From: an uncultured Acidobacteriota bacterium
Lineage (GTDB): Bacteria > Acidobacteriota > Thermoanaerobaculia > Multivoradales > UBA5704
Direction of reading: 5' to 3'
Length of the DNA: 64,000 bases
NCBI GenBank assembly: GCA_963700145.1
Contig: OY969474.1
Span: 2,048,001-2,112,000, forward strand
Shown: piece after piece, positions 50,544-59,678 of the stretch
Position numbering within the stretch: the stretch's first letter is position 1
Layout of the letters: each line of letters starts with the position of its first letter
Translations under genes and position numbers: made by a program
The notes under the pieces: model-generated
What the model saw: the letters and a program-made list of their open reading frames with translations, nothing else
Databases searched by the model: none
Told to the model about the DNA's origin: nothing

Positions 50544-52157
50544 ATGCGGCGAAGCGCGGCGGCGGCGGCGGTCCTGGGGTTGGGAAGCTGGTTGTCGCTC
50601 GGGGCTTTGCCGGCCGTCGCCGTCGTGGCGCCGGGGTTCACCGACACCCTGGTCGCCAGCGTCGGCTTGCCGACCGCCCTCGCCTTCACCCCCGACGGCC
50701 GCCTCCTCATCACCACCCAGGGCGGCACCCTCCGCATCTACCAGGGGGGTGTGCTCCTCGCGACGCCGGCGCTCAGCTTCGCCTCCAACCAGATCTGCAC
50801 CGCCTCCGAGCAGGGCCTCCTCGGGGTGGCCGTGGACCCGGCCTTCGCGGCCAACAACTTCATCTACCTCTTCTACACGGCGGAGACACCGACCTGCGTC
50901 AACCGCGTCTCCCGCTACACCCTGCCGGCCGGCAACGTCATCGACCCGGCGACCCAGCTCGTCTTGATCGACAACATGCCCTCGCCGGCCGGCAACCACA
51001 ACGCCGGCGACCTGCAGTTCGGCAAGGACGGCAACCTCTACGTCTCGATCGGCGACGGCGGCTGCGACTACGCCGGCGACAGCGGCTGCGCCGGGGTCAA
51101 CGACGCGGCGCGCGACCAGCACGTGCTGACCGGCAAGGTCCTGCGCATCGCGCCGGACGGCTCGATCCCGGCCGACAACCCCTTCCAGGGGGCGGGGACG
51201 GCGCGCTGCAACGTCACCGGCTCGACCACCGCGGGGAACCGCTGCCGCGAGACCTTCGCCTGGGGCTTCCGCAACCCCTTCCGCATGGGCTTCGACCCCA
51301 ACGCCGCCGGCACCCGTTTCTTCATCAACGACGTCGGCCAGGGGGCCTGGGAGGAGATCGACCTCGGCCAGGCCGGCGCGGACTACGGCTGGAACTGCCG
51401 CGAGGGGGCGCACCAGAACCTCAGCGTCCCGCCCTGCTCGCCCACCCCGCCCAACATGGTGGACCCGGTCTTCGAGTACGTCCACGGCCAGCAGATCCCG
51501 GGCACCAGCAGCCCCACCAACTGCAACTGCATCAGCGGCGGCGCCTTCGTCCCCGCCGGCCTGTGGCCGGGGTTCGACGGCGCCTACCTGTTCGGCGACT
51601 GCGTCTGCGGCGGCATGTTCAAGCTCACCCAGTCGGGCAGCGCCTTCGCCGCCTCGGACTTCGCCTGCGGCTTGGGGACCCTGGTGCACATGCTCTTCGG
51701 TCCGCACGGCGCGACCCAGGCGCTCTACTACACGACCTACGCGAGCGGCGGCCAGGTGCGGCGCGTCACCCGCGACGACCCGTACGACTTCTTCAGCCTC
51801 AGCCCCTGCCGGCTGGCCGACACCCGCAACCCGAACGGCCCGAGCGGCGGCCCGGCCCTGCAGAACGGCGTCACCCGGAACTTCCCGGCGGCGGGCCTCT
51901 GCGGTGTGCCGGCGACGGCCAAGGCCGTGGCGGTCAACGCAACCGTGATCTCCCCCGCCGGCTCCGGCTTCCTGACCACCTACCCCACCGGGTGTCTCGT
52001 GCCCAAGACCAGCACCCTCAACTTCGGCACCGGCCAGACCCGCGCCAACAACGCCGTGCTCGCCCTCGGCACCAACGGCCAGGTCGCCGTCCTGCCGAGC
52101 GTCACCGGCAGCGGCTCGGCCCACCTGGCCCTCGACGTCGTCGGCTATTTCGAGTAG
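50544..52157 (+). CDS. PQQ-dependent sugar dehydrogenase (GSDH) family propeller with C-terminal PCR..DTR..DVVGYF domain, paralog 1
   Basis: Signal peptide, EQGLLGVAVDP, NHNAGDLQFGKDG, GDGG, GFRNPF, DYGW. Confidence 0.88.
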   Translation: MRRSAAAAAVLGLGSWLSLGALPAVAVVAPGFTDTLVASVGLPTALAFTPDGRLLITTQGGTLRIYQGGVLLATPALSFASNQICTASEQGLLGVAVDPAFAANNFIYLFYTAETPTCVNRVSRYTLPAGNVIDPATQLVLIDNMPSPAGNHNAGDLQFGKDGNLYVSIGDGGCDYAGDSGCAGVNDAARDQHVLTGKVLRIAPDGSIPADNPFQGAGTARCNVTGSTTAGNRCRETFAWGFRNPFRMGFDPNAAGTRFFINDVGQGAWEEIDLGQAGADYGWNCREGAHQNLSVPPCSPTPPNMVDPVFEYVHGQQIPGTSSPTNCNCISGGAFVPAGLWPGFDGAYLFGDCVCGGMFKLTQSGSAFAASDFACGLGTLVHMLFGPHGATQALYYTTYASGGQVRRVTRDDPYDFFSLSPCRLADTRNPNGPSGGPALQNGVTRNFPAAGLCGVPATAKAVAVNATVISPAGSGFLTTYPTGCLVPKTSTLNFGTGQTRANNAVLALGTNGQVAVLPSVTGSGSAHLALDVVGYFE

Positions 52158-52181
52158 ACAGCTCGAGCGATGGGAGCATCC

Positions 52182-53792
52182 ATGCGGCGAAGCGCGCTGG
52201 CGGCGGCGGTCCTGGGGTGGGCAGGCTGGTTGGCGCTCGCGGCCGCACCGGCCGGCGCTGTCGTGTCGCCGGGGTTCAGCGACACCCTGGTGGCCAGCGT
52301 CGGCCTGCCGACCGCCCTCGCCTTCACGCCGGACGGCCGCCTCCTCATCACCACGCAGGGCGGCACGCTGCGCGTCTACCAGGCGGGCGCGCTGCTGCCG
52401 ACGCCGGCCCTGAGCTTCGCGGCCGACGAGATCTGCACCGACTCCGAGCAGGGCCTCCTCGGGGTGGCCGTGGACCCGGCCTTCGCGACGAACGAGTTTA
52501 TCTACCTCTTCTACACCGCCGAGGAGGCCCCGGACTGCATCAACCGCGTCTCCCGCTTCACCCTGCCTGCCGGCAACGTCATCGACCCGCTGACCGAGCT
52601 CCAGCTCATCAACCTCATCCCCTCGGTGACCCCCAATCACAACGGCGGCGACCTGCAGTTCGGCAAGGACGGCAACCTCTACGTCTCGGTCGGCGACGGC
52701 GGCTGCGACTACGCCCTCAACAGCGGCTGCGCCGGGTTCAACGACGCGTCGCGCGACGAGCACGCGCTGGTCGGCAAGGTCCTGCGCATCGCGCCGGACG
52801 GCTCGATCCCGGCCGACAACCCCTTCCAGGGGGCGGGGACGGCGCGCTGCAACGTCACCGGCCTGACCACCCCGGGGAACCGCTGCCAGGAGACCTTCGC
52901 CTGGGGCTTGCGCAACCCCTTCCGCCTGGGCTTCGACCCCAACGCCGCCGGCACCCGCTTCTTCATCAACGACGTCGGCCAGGGGTTCTGGGAGGAGATC
53001 GACCTCGGCCAGGCCGGCGCGGACTACGGCTGGAACTGCCGCGAGGGGGCGCACCCGAACGTCGAGATCCCGACCTGCTCGCCTCCGCCCAGCGTGGACC
53101 CGGTCTTCGAGTACGCGCACCAGCAGCAGATCCCGGGCACCAGCAGCCCCACCAACTGCACCTGCGTGAGCGGCGGCGCCTTCGTCCCCGACGGCCTGTG
53201 GCCGGGGTTCGACGGCGCCTACCTCTTCGGCGACTGCGTCTGCGGCGGCATGTTCAAGCTCACCCAGTCCGGGAGCGCCTTGGCCGCCTCGGACTTCGCC
53301 TGCGGTTTGGGGACCTTGGTGCACATGCAGTTCGGCCCGCACGGCTCGACCCAGGCGCTCTACTACACGACCTACGCCAGCGGCGGCCAGGTCCACCGCA
53401 TCGCGCGCGACGACCCGTACGACTTCTTCAGCCTCACCCCCTGCCGGCTGCTCGACACCCGCGACCCCGACGGCCCGAGCGGCGGCCCGGCCCTGCAGAA
53501 CGGCGTCACCCGGAACTTCCCGGCGGCGGGCCTCTGCGGCGTGCCGGCCACTGCCAAGGCGCTGGCGGTCAACGCGACCGTGATCTCGCCCGGCGGCTCG
53601 GGGTTCCTCAAGACCTACCCCACCGGCTGTCTCGTGCCGGCGACCAGCACCCTCAACTTCGGCACCGGCCAGACCCGCGCCAACAACGCCGTGCTCGCCC
53701 TCGGCACCGGCGGCCAGGTCGCGGTCCTCCCCAGCGTCACCGGGAGCGGCACCGCCCACCTGGCGCTCGACGTCGTCGGCTACTTCGAGTAG
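52182..53792 (+). CDS. GSDH-family propeller with the same C-terminal domain, paralog 2
   Basis: Colinear with paralog 1, with long identical DNA stretches. Confidence 0.88.
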   Translation: MRRSALAAAVLGWAGWLALAAAPAGAVVSPGFSDTLVASVGLPTALAFTPDGRLLITTQGGTLRVYQAGALLPTPALSFAADEICTDSEQGLLGVAVDPAFATNEFIYLFYTAEEAPDCINRVSRFTLPAGNVIDPLTELQLINLIPSVTPNHNGGDLQFGKDGNLYVSVGDGGCDYALNSGCAGFNDASRDEHALVGKVLRIAPDGSIPADNPFQGAGTARCNVTGLTTPGNRCQETFAWGLRNPFRLGFDPNAAGTRFFINDVGQGFWEEIDLGQAGADYGWNCREGAHPNVEIPTCSPPPSVDPVFEYAHQQQIPGTSSPTNCTCVSGGAFVPDGLWPGFDGAYLFGDCVCGGMFKLTQSGSALAASDFACGLGTLVHMQFGPHGSTQALYYTTYASGGQVHRIARDDPYDFFSLTPCRLLDTRDPDGPSGGPALQNGVTRNFPAAGLCGVPATAKALAVNATVISPGGSGFLKTYPTGCLVPATSTLNFGTGQTRANNAVLALGTGGQVAVLPSVTGSGTAHLALDVVGYFE

Positions 53793-55699
53793 ACGGCGGC
53801 CGCCGCCAGCCGCCGCCACGCCAGGGCCGCGAGCGCCAGGGCGAGCAGGAGCAGCGCCCACTCGCTGGCGGTCGGGATGATCGCCACCACCGCCTGCGCC
53901 GCGGCGAGCTGGCCGCGGATCGCGCCGCCCCCGCCGCCCTCCACCTCGCCGGCGTGGACCTCGACGTAGAGGAACCCGGCCGCGAACTCGGCGAGCAGGC
54001 GCGGCGTCATCGGCACGTCGCCCGAGAAGCCGTCGGCCGGGTCGGCGAAGCTGAAGACGAGCGGTCCGTTGAACCCCCGCGGCGCCTGGTGCAGGTGGGC
54101 GGCGTCCGTCCCCGGCAGGTCGTGCGTGCACTGCACCAGGAGCGCCGTCGCCGGGTCGTTGAGGTCGGTGAAGCAGCTGCCGGTCGCGGCGGTGCTCCCG
54201 GGGGGGACCACCTGGCCGCCTTCGAGCGGGAAGGTGAGGGAGTCGACGGTGCGCGGCAGGATTTGGCCGCGGATCTCGCCGTCCGGCCGGCCGCCGGTGT
54301 GGATGTTGACGTAGAGGTTGCCCGCCAGCAGGTCGGCGAGGTCGGCCGGCGTCATCCCCGTCCAGACGGCCTCGACCGGGCTCGTCGGATCGCCGAGGTC
54401 GAAGGCGATCGGGCCGTTGACCCCCGCCGCGGCGCGGTGGATGTGCATGATCGTGGGGCCCGATACGTCGTGGACGCAGAGGATCGCCAGCTCGCCGGCG
54501 CCGGCGTCGAAGCTCGCGAAGCAGCCGCCGGAGGCGGCGCTCGGCACCGGCGGCACCTCCTGCTCGCCGGAGAGGTGGAAGATGAAGATCTGGTCGGTCG
54601 GCGCCGACGCGAAGTTGCGGAAGGTGCAGGTCACCACCTCCCCGGCCGCGAGCCGGATCGCGGCGGTGCGGGCGAAGGGGTCGCCGGTGCTGTCGTCGTC
54701 CTCGCAGGTCACGTCGGCCAGCGTGAAGCCGCCGGGCGCGACGGCGGGATCGAGCTCGGTCACCGTCCAGGTGCCGGGGCCGACGTTGGCGAAGACCCGG
54801 GTCTCGCCGTCGGCGAGGGAGAAGGCGGCGGGCCCGCCCGGGACGTCGTCGGTGAAAGCGAAGCCGGCGCCGCCGGGCGGGGTCGTCTCCTTGACGATGC
54901 GGATCGTGCCGGTGGTCGGCAGCGCCGGCGGCTCGCCGATCTGGCCGCGGATGTCCAAGAGCGGCTCGCTCTCGTCGGCCGGCGGCTGGCCGTGGATCTC
55001 GACGTAGAGGAACGTCGCCGCGAACGCCGCCACCAGCTGCGGCGTCATCGGCACGCCGGCGGAGAGCGGGCTGGCCGGCGACGGGAAGGTGAAGACGACG
55101 GGGCCGTTCTGCCCCGCCGGCGCCTGGTGGACGTGGGCGCTGTCCGGCGACGGCACGTCGTGGGTGCACTGGACCAGGAGCGAGGTCGCGGGGCCGTCGA
55201 GATCGGCCGAGCAGCTGGCGGTCGAGGGCGAGCCGCTCGGCGGCACCAGCTGCGCGCCGTCGGCGGTGAAGGGGACGGTGTCGACGGTGCGCGGCAGGAT
55301 CTGGCCGCGGATCTCGCCGTCGGGCCGGCCGGCGGTGTGGATGTTGACGTAGAGATTGCCGTCCAGCAGGTCGTCGATGTCGGCCGCCGTCATGCCGGTC
55401 CAGGTGGCCTCGACCGGGCTCGCCGGGTCGCCGAGGTCGAAGACGATCGGGCCGATCGCCCCCGCCGGCGCGCGGTGGATGTGCATGATCGTCGCGTCGG
55501 TGACGTCGTGGACGCAGGTCAGATCGAATTCGCCGGCAAGCTGGTCGAGCACGCCGTGGCAGCCGCCGGAGTGGGCGCTCGCCACCGGCGGCACCTCCTG
55601 GTCGCCGCGCAGGTGGAAGACGAAGGTCTGGCCGGCCGCGGGGGCGGCGGCGAGGCCGAGGAGCAGGGCGAGACAGGAGAAGAGCGCACGCGGCGTCAT
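53780..55699 (-). CDS. Four-CHRD-domain surface protein with IPTL-CTERM sorting signal
   Basis: L.G.QEVPPV, HIH.A..G, LYVNIHT..PDGEIRGQ repeated; central IRIVKET Ig-like domain; IPTASEWALLLLALALAALAWRR tail. Confidence 0.85.
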   Translation of the reverse strand: MTPRALFSCLALLLGLAAAPAAGQTFVFHLRGDQEVPPVASAHSGGCHGVLDQLAGEFDLTCVHDVTDATIMHIHRAPAGAIGPIVFDLGDPASPVEATWTGMTAADIDDLLDGNLYVNIHTAGRPDGEIRGQILPRTVDTVPFTADGAQLVPPSGSPSTASCSADLDGPATSLLVQCTHDVPSPDSAHVHQAPAGQNGPVVFTFPSPASPLSAGVPMTPQLVAAFAATFLYVEIHGQPPADESEPLLDIRGQIGEPPALPTTGTIRIVKETTPPGGAGFAFTDDVPGGPAAFSLADGETRVFANVGPGTWTVTELDPAVAPGGFTLADVTCEDDDSTGDPFARTAAIRLAAGEVVTCTFRNFASAPTDQIFIFHLSGEQEVPPVPSAASGGCFASFDAGAGELAILCVHDVSGPTIMHIHRAAAGVNGPIAFDLGDPTSPVEAVWTGMTPADLADLLAGNLYVNIHTGGRPDGEIRGQILPRTVDSLTFPLEGGQVVPPGSTAATGSCFTDLNDPATALLVQCTHDLPGTDAAHLHQAPRGFNGPLVFSFADPADGFSGDVPMTPRLLAEFAAGFLYVEVHAGEVEGGGGGAIRGQLAAAQAVVAIIPTASEWALLLLALALAALAWRRLAAAAVYSK

Positions 55700-55704
55700 G
55701 AGCC

Positions 55705-56781
55705 TCACCGCGCCAACTCCGCCAGCCACTCCTTGATCCCGGCGTCGAGGCGCCGGCGGTCGCGGTGGCGGTCGAGGGCGATCTGGACCAGGCGGTCCAC
55801 GAGCTTCGGCAGCGGCACGCCCGAGAGCTCCCAGAGGCGGGGGTACATCGAGATGGCGGTGAAGCCGGGGAGGGTGTTGATCTCGTTGACGAAGAGGCCG
55901 TCCTCGCCTTCGAGCAGGAAGTCGACGCGCGCCATGCCGCTGCCGCCGAGCGCCGCGAAGGCGGCGACCGCGAGCTCGCGCAGCCGCGCGCTCGTCGCCT
56001 CCGGCAGCTCGGCCGGGGCGATCAGGCGGGCGTTGTCCTCCAGGTACTTGTCGGCGTAGTCGTAGAACTCGCGGCCGGGGACGATCTCGCCGACGACCGA
56101 CGCCTCCAGCGTGCCGTAGCCGAGCACGGCGCACTCCAGCTCCCGGCCGACGACCCCGCGCTCGACGAGCACCGCGTCGTCGAAGCGCAGGGCGAAGCGC
56201 ACCGCCTCCTCGAGGTCTCGGTACCGCTCCACCTTGCGCACCCCGACGCTCGAGCCGCCGACGCTCGGCTTGACGAAGAGCGGCAGCGGCAGGCGTTCGA
56301 CGCGGGCGAGGAAGGCCGCCGGGGCGCGCTCGAAGTCGGCGCGGCTCGCGGCCTCGGAGTCCACCACCGGCACGCCGGCGGCGGCGAGTTGGCGCTTCGA
56401 GAGCAGCTTGTCCATCGCCAGCGCGCTGGTCGTCACCCCGGGGCCGGCGTAGGCGACGTCGAGCATCTCGCAGAGGCCCTGGAGCGTGCCGTCCTCCCCC
56501 CAGGTGCCGTGGACGATCGGGAAGAGCACCTCGACGCCGGAGGCCACGAGGTGGCGCAGCGTCGGCGCCACCGGCATGTCGAGCGGCTCGATGGCGCGCC
56601 CGTCGCCGCGCAGCACCTCGGCCGCCGCTTCCGGCGAGATCCAGCAGCCATCCTGGGCGATGCCGAGCGGCGTCACCTGGTGGCCGGCGTCGGTCAGGCC
56701 GCGCGCCACCGTCCGCGCCGAGACGATCGACACCTGGTGCTCGACGCTGCGTCCCCCGAAGACCACTCCGACGTGCGCCAT
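55705..56781 (-). CDS. ddl: D-alanine--D-alanine ligase
   Basis: FGGRSVEH, HGTWGEDG, GSSVG, YDYADKY, NEINTLPGFT. Confidence 0.96.
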   Translation of the reverse strand: MAHVGVVFGGRSVEHQVSIVSARTVARGLTDAGHQVTPLGIAQDGCWISPEAAAEVLRGDGRAIEPLDMPVAPTLRHLVASGVEVLFPIVHGTWGEDGTLQGLCEMLDVAYAGPGVTTSALAMDKLLSKRQLAAAGVPVVDSEAASRADFERAPAAFLARVERLPLPLFVKPSVGGSSVGVRKVERYRDLEEAVRFALRFDDAVLVERGVVGRELECAVLGYGTLEASVVGEIVPGREFYDYADKYLEDNARLIAPAELPEATSARLRELAVAAFAALGGSGMARVDFLLEGEDGLFVNEINTLPGFTAISMYPRLWELSGVPLPKLVDRLVQIALDRHRDRRRLDAGIKEWLAELAR

Positions 56782-58391
56782 CAACGCCCCTTCCGCGCGG
56801 CCGGGCCGCGCCCCAGATCGACCAGTTGCACCCGCCGCACCTCCGGCAACGCCGCGAGCTTCGCCAGCACCTCGGGCCCCGGCTCCTGGTCGAGCCGCAG
56901 CACCGCCAGCGCCTCCCCCTCGGAGTCGCTGCGCGCGAGATGGATGTCGGCGATGTTGATCTGCGCCTCGCCGAGGAGCGTTCCCAGCCGGCCGACGACC
57001 CCCGGCACGTCGCGGTTCTCCAGCACCAGCAGGCGCCCCTCCGGTCGGAACTCCAGCCGGTAGCCGCCGAAGCGCACGACGCGCGGGTCGCGCTCGCCGA
57101 AGAGCGTCCCCTCGACCTCCACCCGCGCCCCGGCCGGCCCGGCCAGCGCCACCTTGACCAGGTGCGGGTAGTCGCCGGCCGCGCTGTGGTCCGAGCGCAC
57201 GATCTGCAGGCCCCGGCTCTCGGCGATGCGCTCGGCGTTGACGTAGTTGACCGTCTCGCCGAGGTGCGTCGCCAGCGCCCCCTTGACCACCGCCACGGCC
57301 ACCGGCCGGCGCACGCCGTCGTCGATGCCGGAGGTCTCGACCCGCAGCTCGTGCGGCGGCCCGGCGAGGAGGAGGGCGGCGAGCCGACCGAGCTGCTCGC
57401 CGAGCGCCAGGAACGGCTCGCCGTGCGCCCCCGCCGGGCGGAACGGCAGGTTCACCGCCGCCACCGCCAGCGAGCCGTCGAGCGCGGCGAGCACCATCTC
57501 GGCGGTCTCGGTGGCGATCCGCTCCTGCGCCTCCAGGGTCTGGGCGCCCAGGTGGGGCGTCGCCACCACCTTGGGGTGGCGGACCAGCGCCAGGTCCTTG
57601 GGCGGCTCCTCGGCGAAGACGTCGAGGGCGGCGCCCGCCAGGTGCCCGGAGTCGAGCAGCTCGAGGAGGGCCGCCTCGTCGACCAGCCCGCCGCGGGCGC
57701 AGTTGACCAGGAGCGCGCCGCGGCGCATCGCCTGGAGGCGCGGCCGGTCGAGCAGGTTGCGCGTCTGCTCGGTGAGCGGCACGTGGAGCGTCACGACGTC
57801 GGACGTCGCCAGGAGCTCCTCGAGCGGCAGCAGCTCGACGCGCAGGCGGGCGGCCGCCGCGGGGTCGAGGAACGGGTCGTGCGCCACGACCTCCATGCCG
57901 AAGGCGCGGGCGCGCTCGGCCACCTGCTGGCCGATGCGGCCGAAGCCGACGACGCCGAGCCGCTTGCCCTGCAGCTCCTGCCCCTGGAAGCGGCCGCGCT
58001 CCCAGCCGCCCCCCTTGAGCGAAGCGTCGGCCGCCGGCACGTTGCGGGCGAGGGCGAGGAGGAGAGCGAAGGTGTGCTCGGTCGCCGACAGCAGGTTCGC
58101 GGTCGGCGCGTTGACCACCAGCACGCCCATCTCGGTCGCCGCCTCGACGTCCACGTTGTCCACGCCGACGCCGGCGCGGCCGACGACGCGGAGCTTCTTG
58201 CCGGCGCGCAGGAGGTCGGCCGTGACCTTGGTCATGCTGCGCACCACGAGCGCATCGGCGTCGGCTAGAAGTTCCGGCAGGCGCGGCCGCTCGTCGGCGG
58301 CCAGCTCGTGCACCTCCGCGCCGCCGCGCCGGAGGATGGCGATCCCCGACGGCTGCAGCGGGTCGGCGACCAGGATCTTGGCGGCCGTCAC
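56781..58391 (-). CDS. serA: D-3-phosphoglycerate dehydrogenase (with ASB and ACT domains)
   Basis: GRAGVGVDNVD, GFGRIG, NCARGG, TPHLGA, C-terminal DVPGVVG..INIA. Confidence 0.95.
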   Translation of the reverse strand: MTAAKILVADPLQPSGIAILRRGGAEVHELAADERPRLPELLADADALVVRSMTKVTADLLRAGKKLRVVGRAGVGVDNVDVEAATEMGVLVVNAPTANLLSATEHTFALLLALARNVPAADASLKGGGWERGRFQGQELQGKRLGVVGFGRIGQQVAERARAFGMEVVAHDPFLDPAAAARLRVELLPLEELLATSDVVTLHVPLTEQTRNLLDRPRLQAMRRGALLVNCARGGLVDEAALLELLDSGHLAGAALDVFAEEPPKDLALVRHPKVVATPHLGAQTLEAQERIATETAEMVLAALDGSLAVAAVNLPFRPAGAHGEPFLALGEQLGRLAALLLAGPPHELRVETSGIDDGVRRPVAVAVVKGALATHLGETVNYVNAERIAESRGLQIVRSDHSAAGDYPHLVKVALAGPAGARVEVEGTLFGERDPRVVRFGGYRLEFRPEGRLLVLENRDVPGVVGRLGTLLGEAQINIADIHLARSDSEGEALAVLRLDQEPGPEVLAKLAALPEVRRVQLVDLGRGPAARKGR

Positions 58392-59476
58392 GCGGCGCTC
58401 CGGCCGGCGGCCGTCAGCTCGTCGATGACGGTCAGCAGGTCGTCGAGGTCGCGCTCCCGTACCTCCCCCATGTGCCCGATACGGAAGGTCGTGGGCTTCC
58501 AGTCGCCGTAGCCGCCGCCGACCGTGAAGCCGCGCCCGGCGAGCGCCTTGACCAGCCCCGGCGCATCCACTCCGGCCGGGGGCTTGAGGCAGCTCACCGT
58601 CGGCGAGCGGGCATCGGGCGCGGTCGGGAAGGTGAAGCCGCGCTCGGCGGCCCACGCCGCGGTTCGCGCGGCGAGCCGGCGGTGGCGCTCCCAGCGCGCC
58701 TCCATCCCCTCGGCGAGGACGCGGTCGAGCTGGCGGTCGAGCGCGTAGTAGAGCGGGATCGCCGGCGTCGTGATCGCCCCGCCCTCGCGGTGCTTGTCGC
58801 GGTAGCGCAGCAGGTCGGTGTAGAAGCCCCGGTACGGCACCGCCGCGGCGCGCGCGGCGGCGCGGTCGGAGAGGGTAAAGAGCGTGAGACCGGGGGGAAG
58901 GGCCAAGGCTTTTTGCGTGCCGGCGAGGACGACGTCGAGGTACCAAGCGTCGGTCTCGACCGGCGCGCCGCCGAGCGAGGAGACCGTGTCCACGAGGACG
59001 AGGGCGTCGCTCTCTTCGTGGACGGCGCGAGCGATCTCCGCCAGCGGCGATAGCGCGCCCGTCGAGGTCTCGTTGTGAACGACGGTCACCGCCTCGTAGC
59101 GCTTGCGCCGAAGCGCCGCGCGCACGAGGTCGGGATCCACCGCCTCGCCGAACGGAAACGCCACCCGGTCGGCGCTCTTGCCCAGGGAGAGGCTGATCGC
59201 GTGCCAGCGCTCGGAGAAGGCGCCGTTGGTGAGGTTCAAGACCTCGGCGCGCACCGTCGAGGCGACGGCGGCCTCCATGATGAGCGTCGAGCTCCCGGTC
59301 GCGATCATCGCGTCCCCAGCGGTGCGGAACACCCGCGGTAGCCGCGCGGAGAGCGAGAGCGTGAAGTCCCGGAACCCGGCCGACCGGTGCCCCACCATCG
59401 GCCCCGTCATCGCAGCGCGCACCTCCTCCAGCACGTAGCTCGGGCCGGGGAGGAAGAAGCGGATCGGTTCGGTCAT
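58388..59476 (-). CDS. Class V PLP aminotransferase (AGXT-like), probably a phosphoserine aminotransferase by context
   Basis: PGP, HNETSTG, VDTVSS, GTQKAL, FRIGHMG; GTGA coupling to serA. Confidence 0.88.
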   Translation of the reverse strand: MTEPIRFFLPGPSYVLEEVRAAMTGPMVGHRSAGFRDFTLSLSARLPRVFRTAGDAMIATGSSTLIMEAAVASTVRAEVLNLTNGAFSERWHAISLSLGKSADRVAFPFGEAVDPDLVRAALRRKRYEAVTVVHNETSTGALSPLAEIARAVHEESDALVLVDTVSSLGGAPVETDAWYLDVVLAGTQKALALPPGLTLFTLSDRAAARAAAVPYRGFYTDLLRYRDKHREGGAITTPAIPLYYALDRQLDRVLAEGMEARWERHRRLAARTAAWAAERGFTFPTAPDARSPTVSCLKPPAGVDAPGLVKALAGRGFTVGGGYGDWKPTTFRIGHMGEVRERDLDDLLTVIDELTAAGRSAA

Positions 59477-59543
59477 AAGGGGAGCCCGCAAGCGCAAGAA
59501 GAGTGCCCGCGCGGCGGGGAGGGGCATCTTAGCGTGGCGCTAA

Positions 59544-59604
59544 GGCGGAGGCCACGCCCTCATCGGCGGGAGCCACGCCCCCTCGGCGGAAAACCACGCC
59601 CTCC
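59544..59604. repeat. Three degenerate 20-21 bp tandem repeats
   Basis: GGCGG-N3/4-CCACGCCC at 59544, 59565 and 59585. Confidence 0.6.
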
Positions 59605-59605
59605 T

Positions 59606-59633
59606 TGTCATCCCGAGCGAAAGCGAGGGATCT
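59606..59633. repeat. Short palindromic interspersed element (REP/MITE-like)
   Basis: TGTCATCCCGAGCGAAAGCGAGGGATCT, a repeat type recalled from other bacterial genomes; related CGAGCG(T/A)AGCGAG cores at ~34564 and ~34614. Confidence 0.5.
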
Positions 59634-59678
59634 GGGCGGGGGGCGGCGTGGCAGCCGCTGGCCGGAGCCGGCGGCGAG

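Noticed and set aside
50544-53792. Diversity-generating retroelement template/variable repeat pair
   Set aside because: Whole-gene duplication, differences are not adenine-specific, and there is no reverse transcriptase in the window.
50505-56059. 1554-aa and 1498-aa ORFs over the GSDH/CHRD genes
   Set aside because: Shadow frames of well-supported genes; the apparent internal repeat just mirrors the gene duplication.
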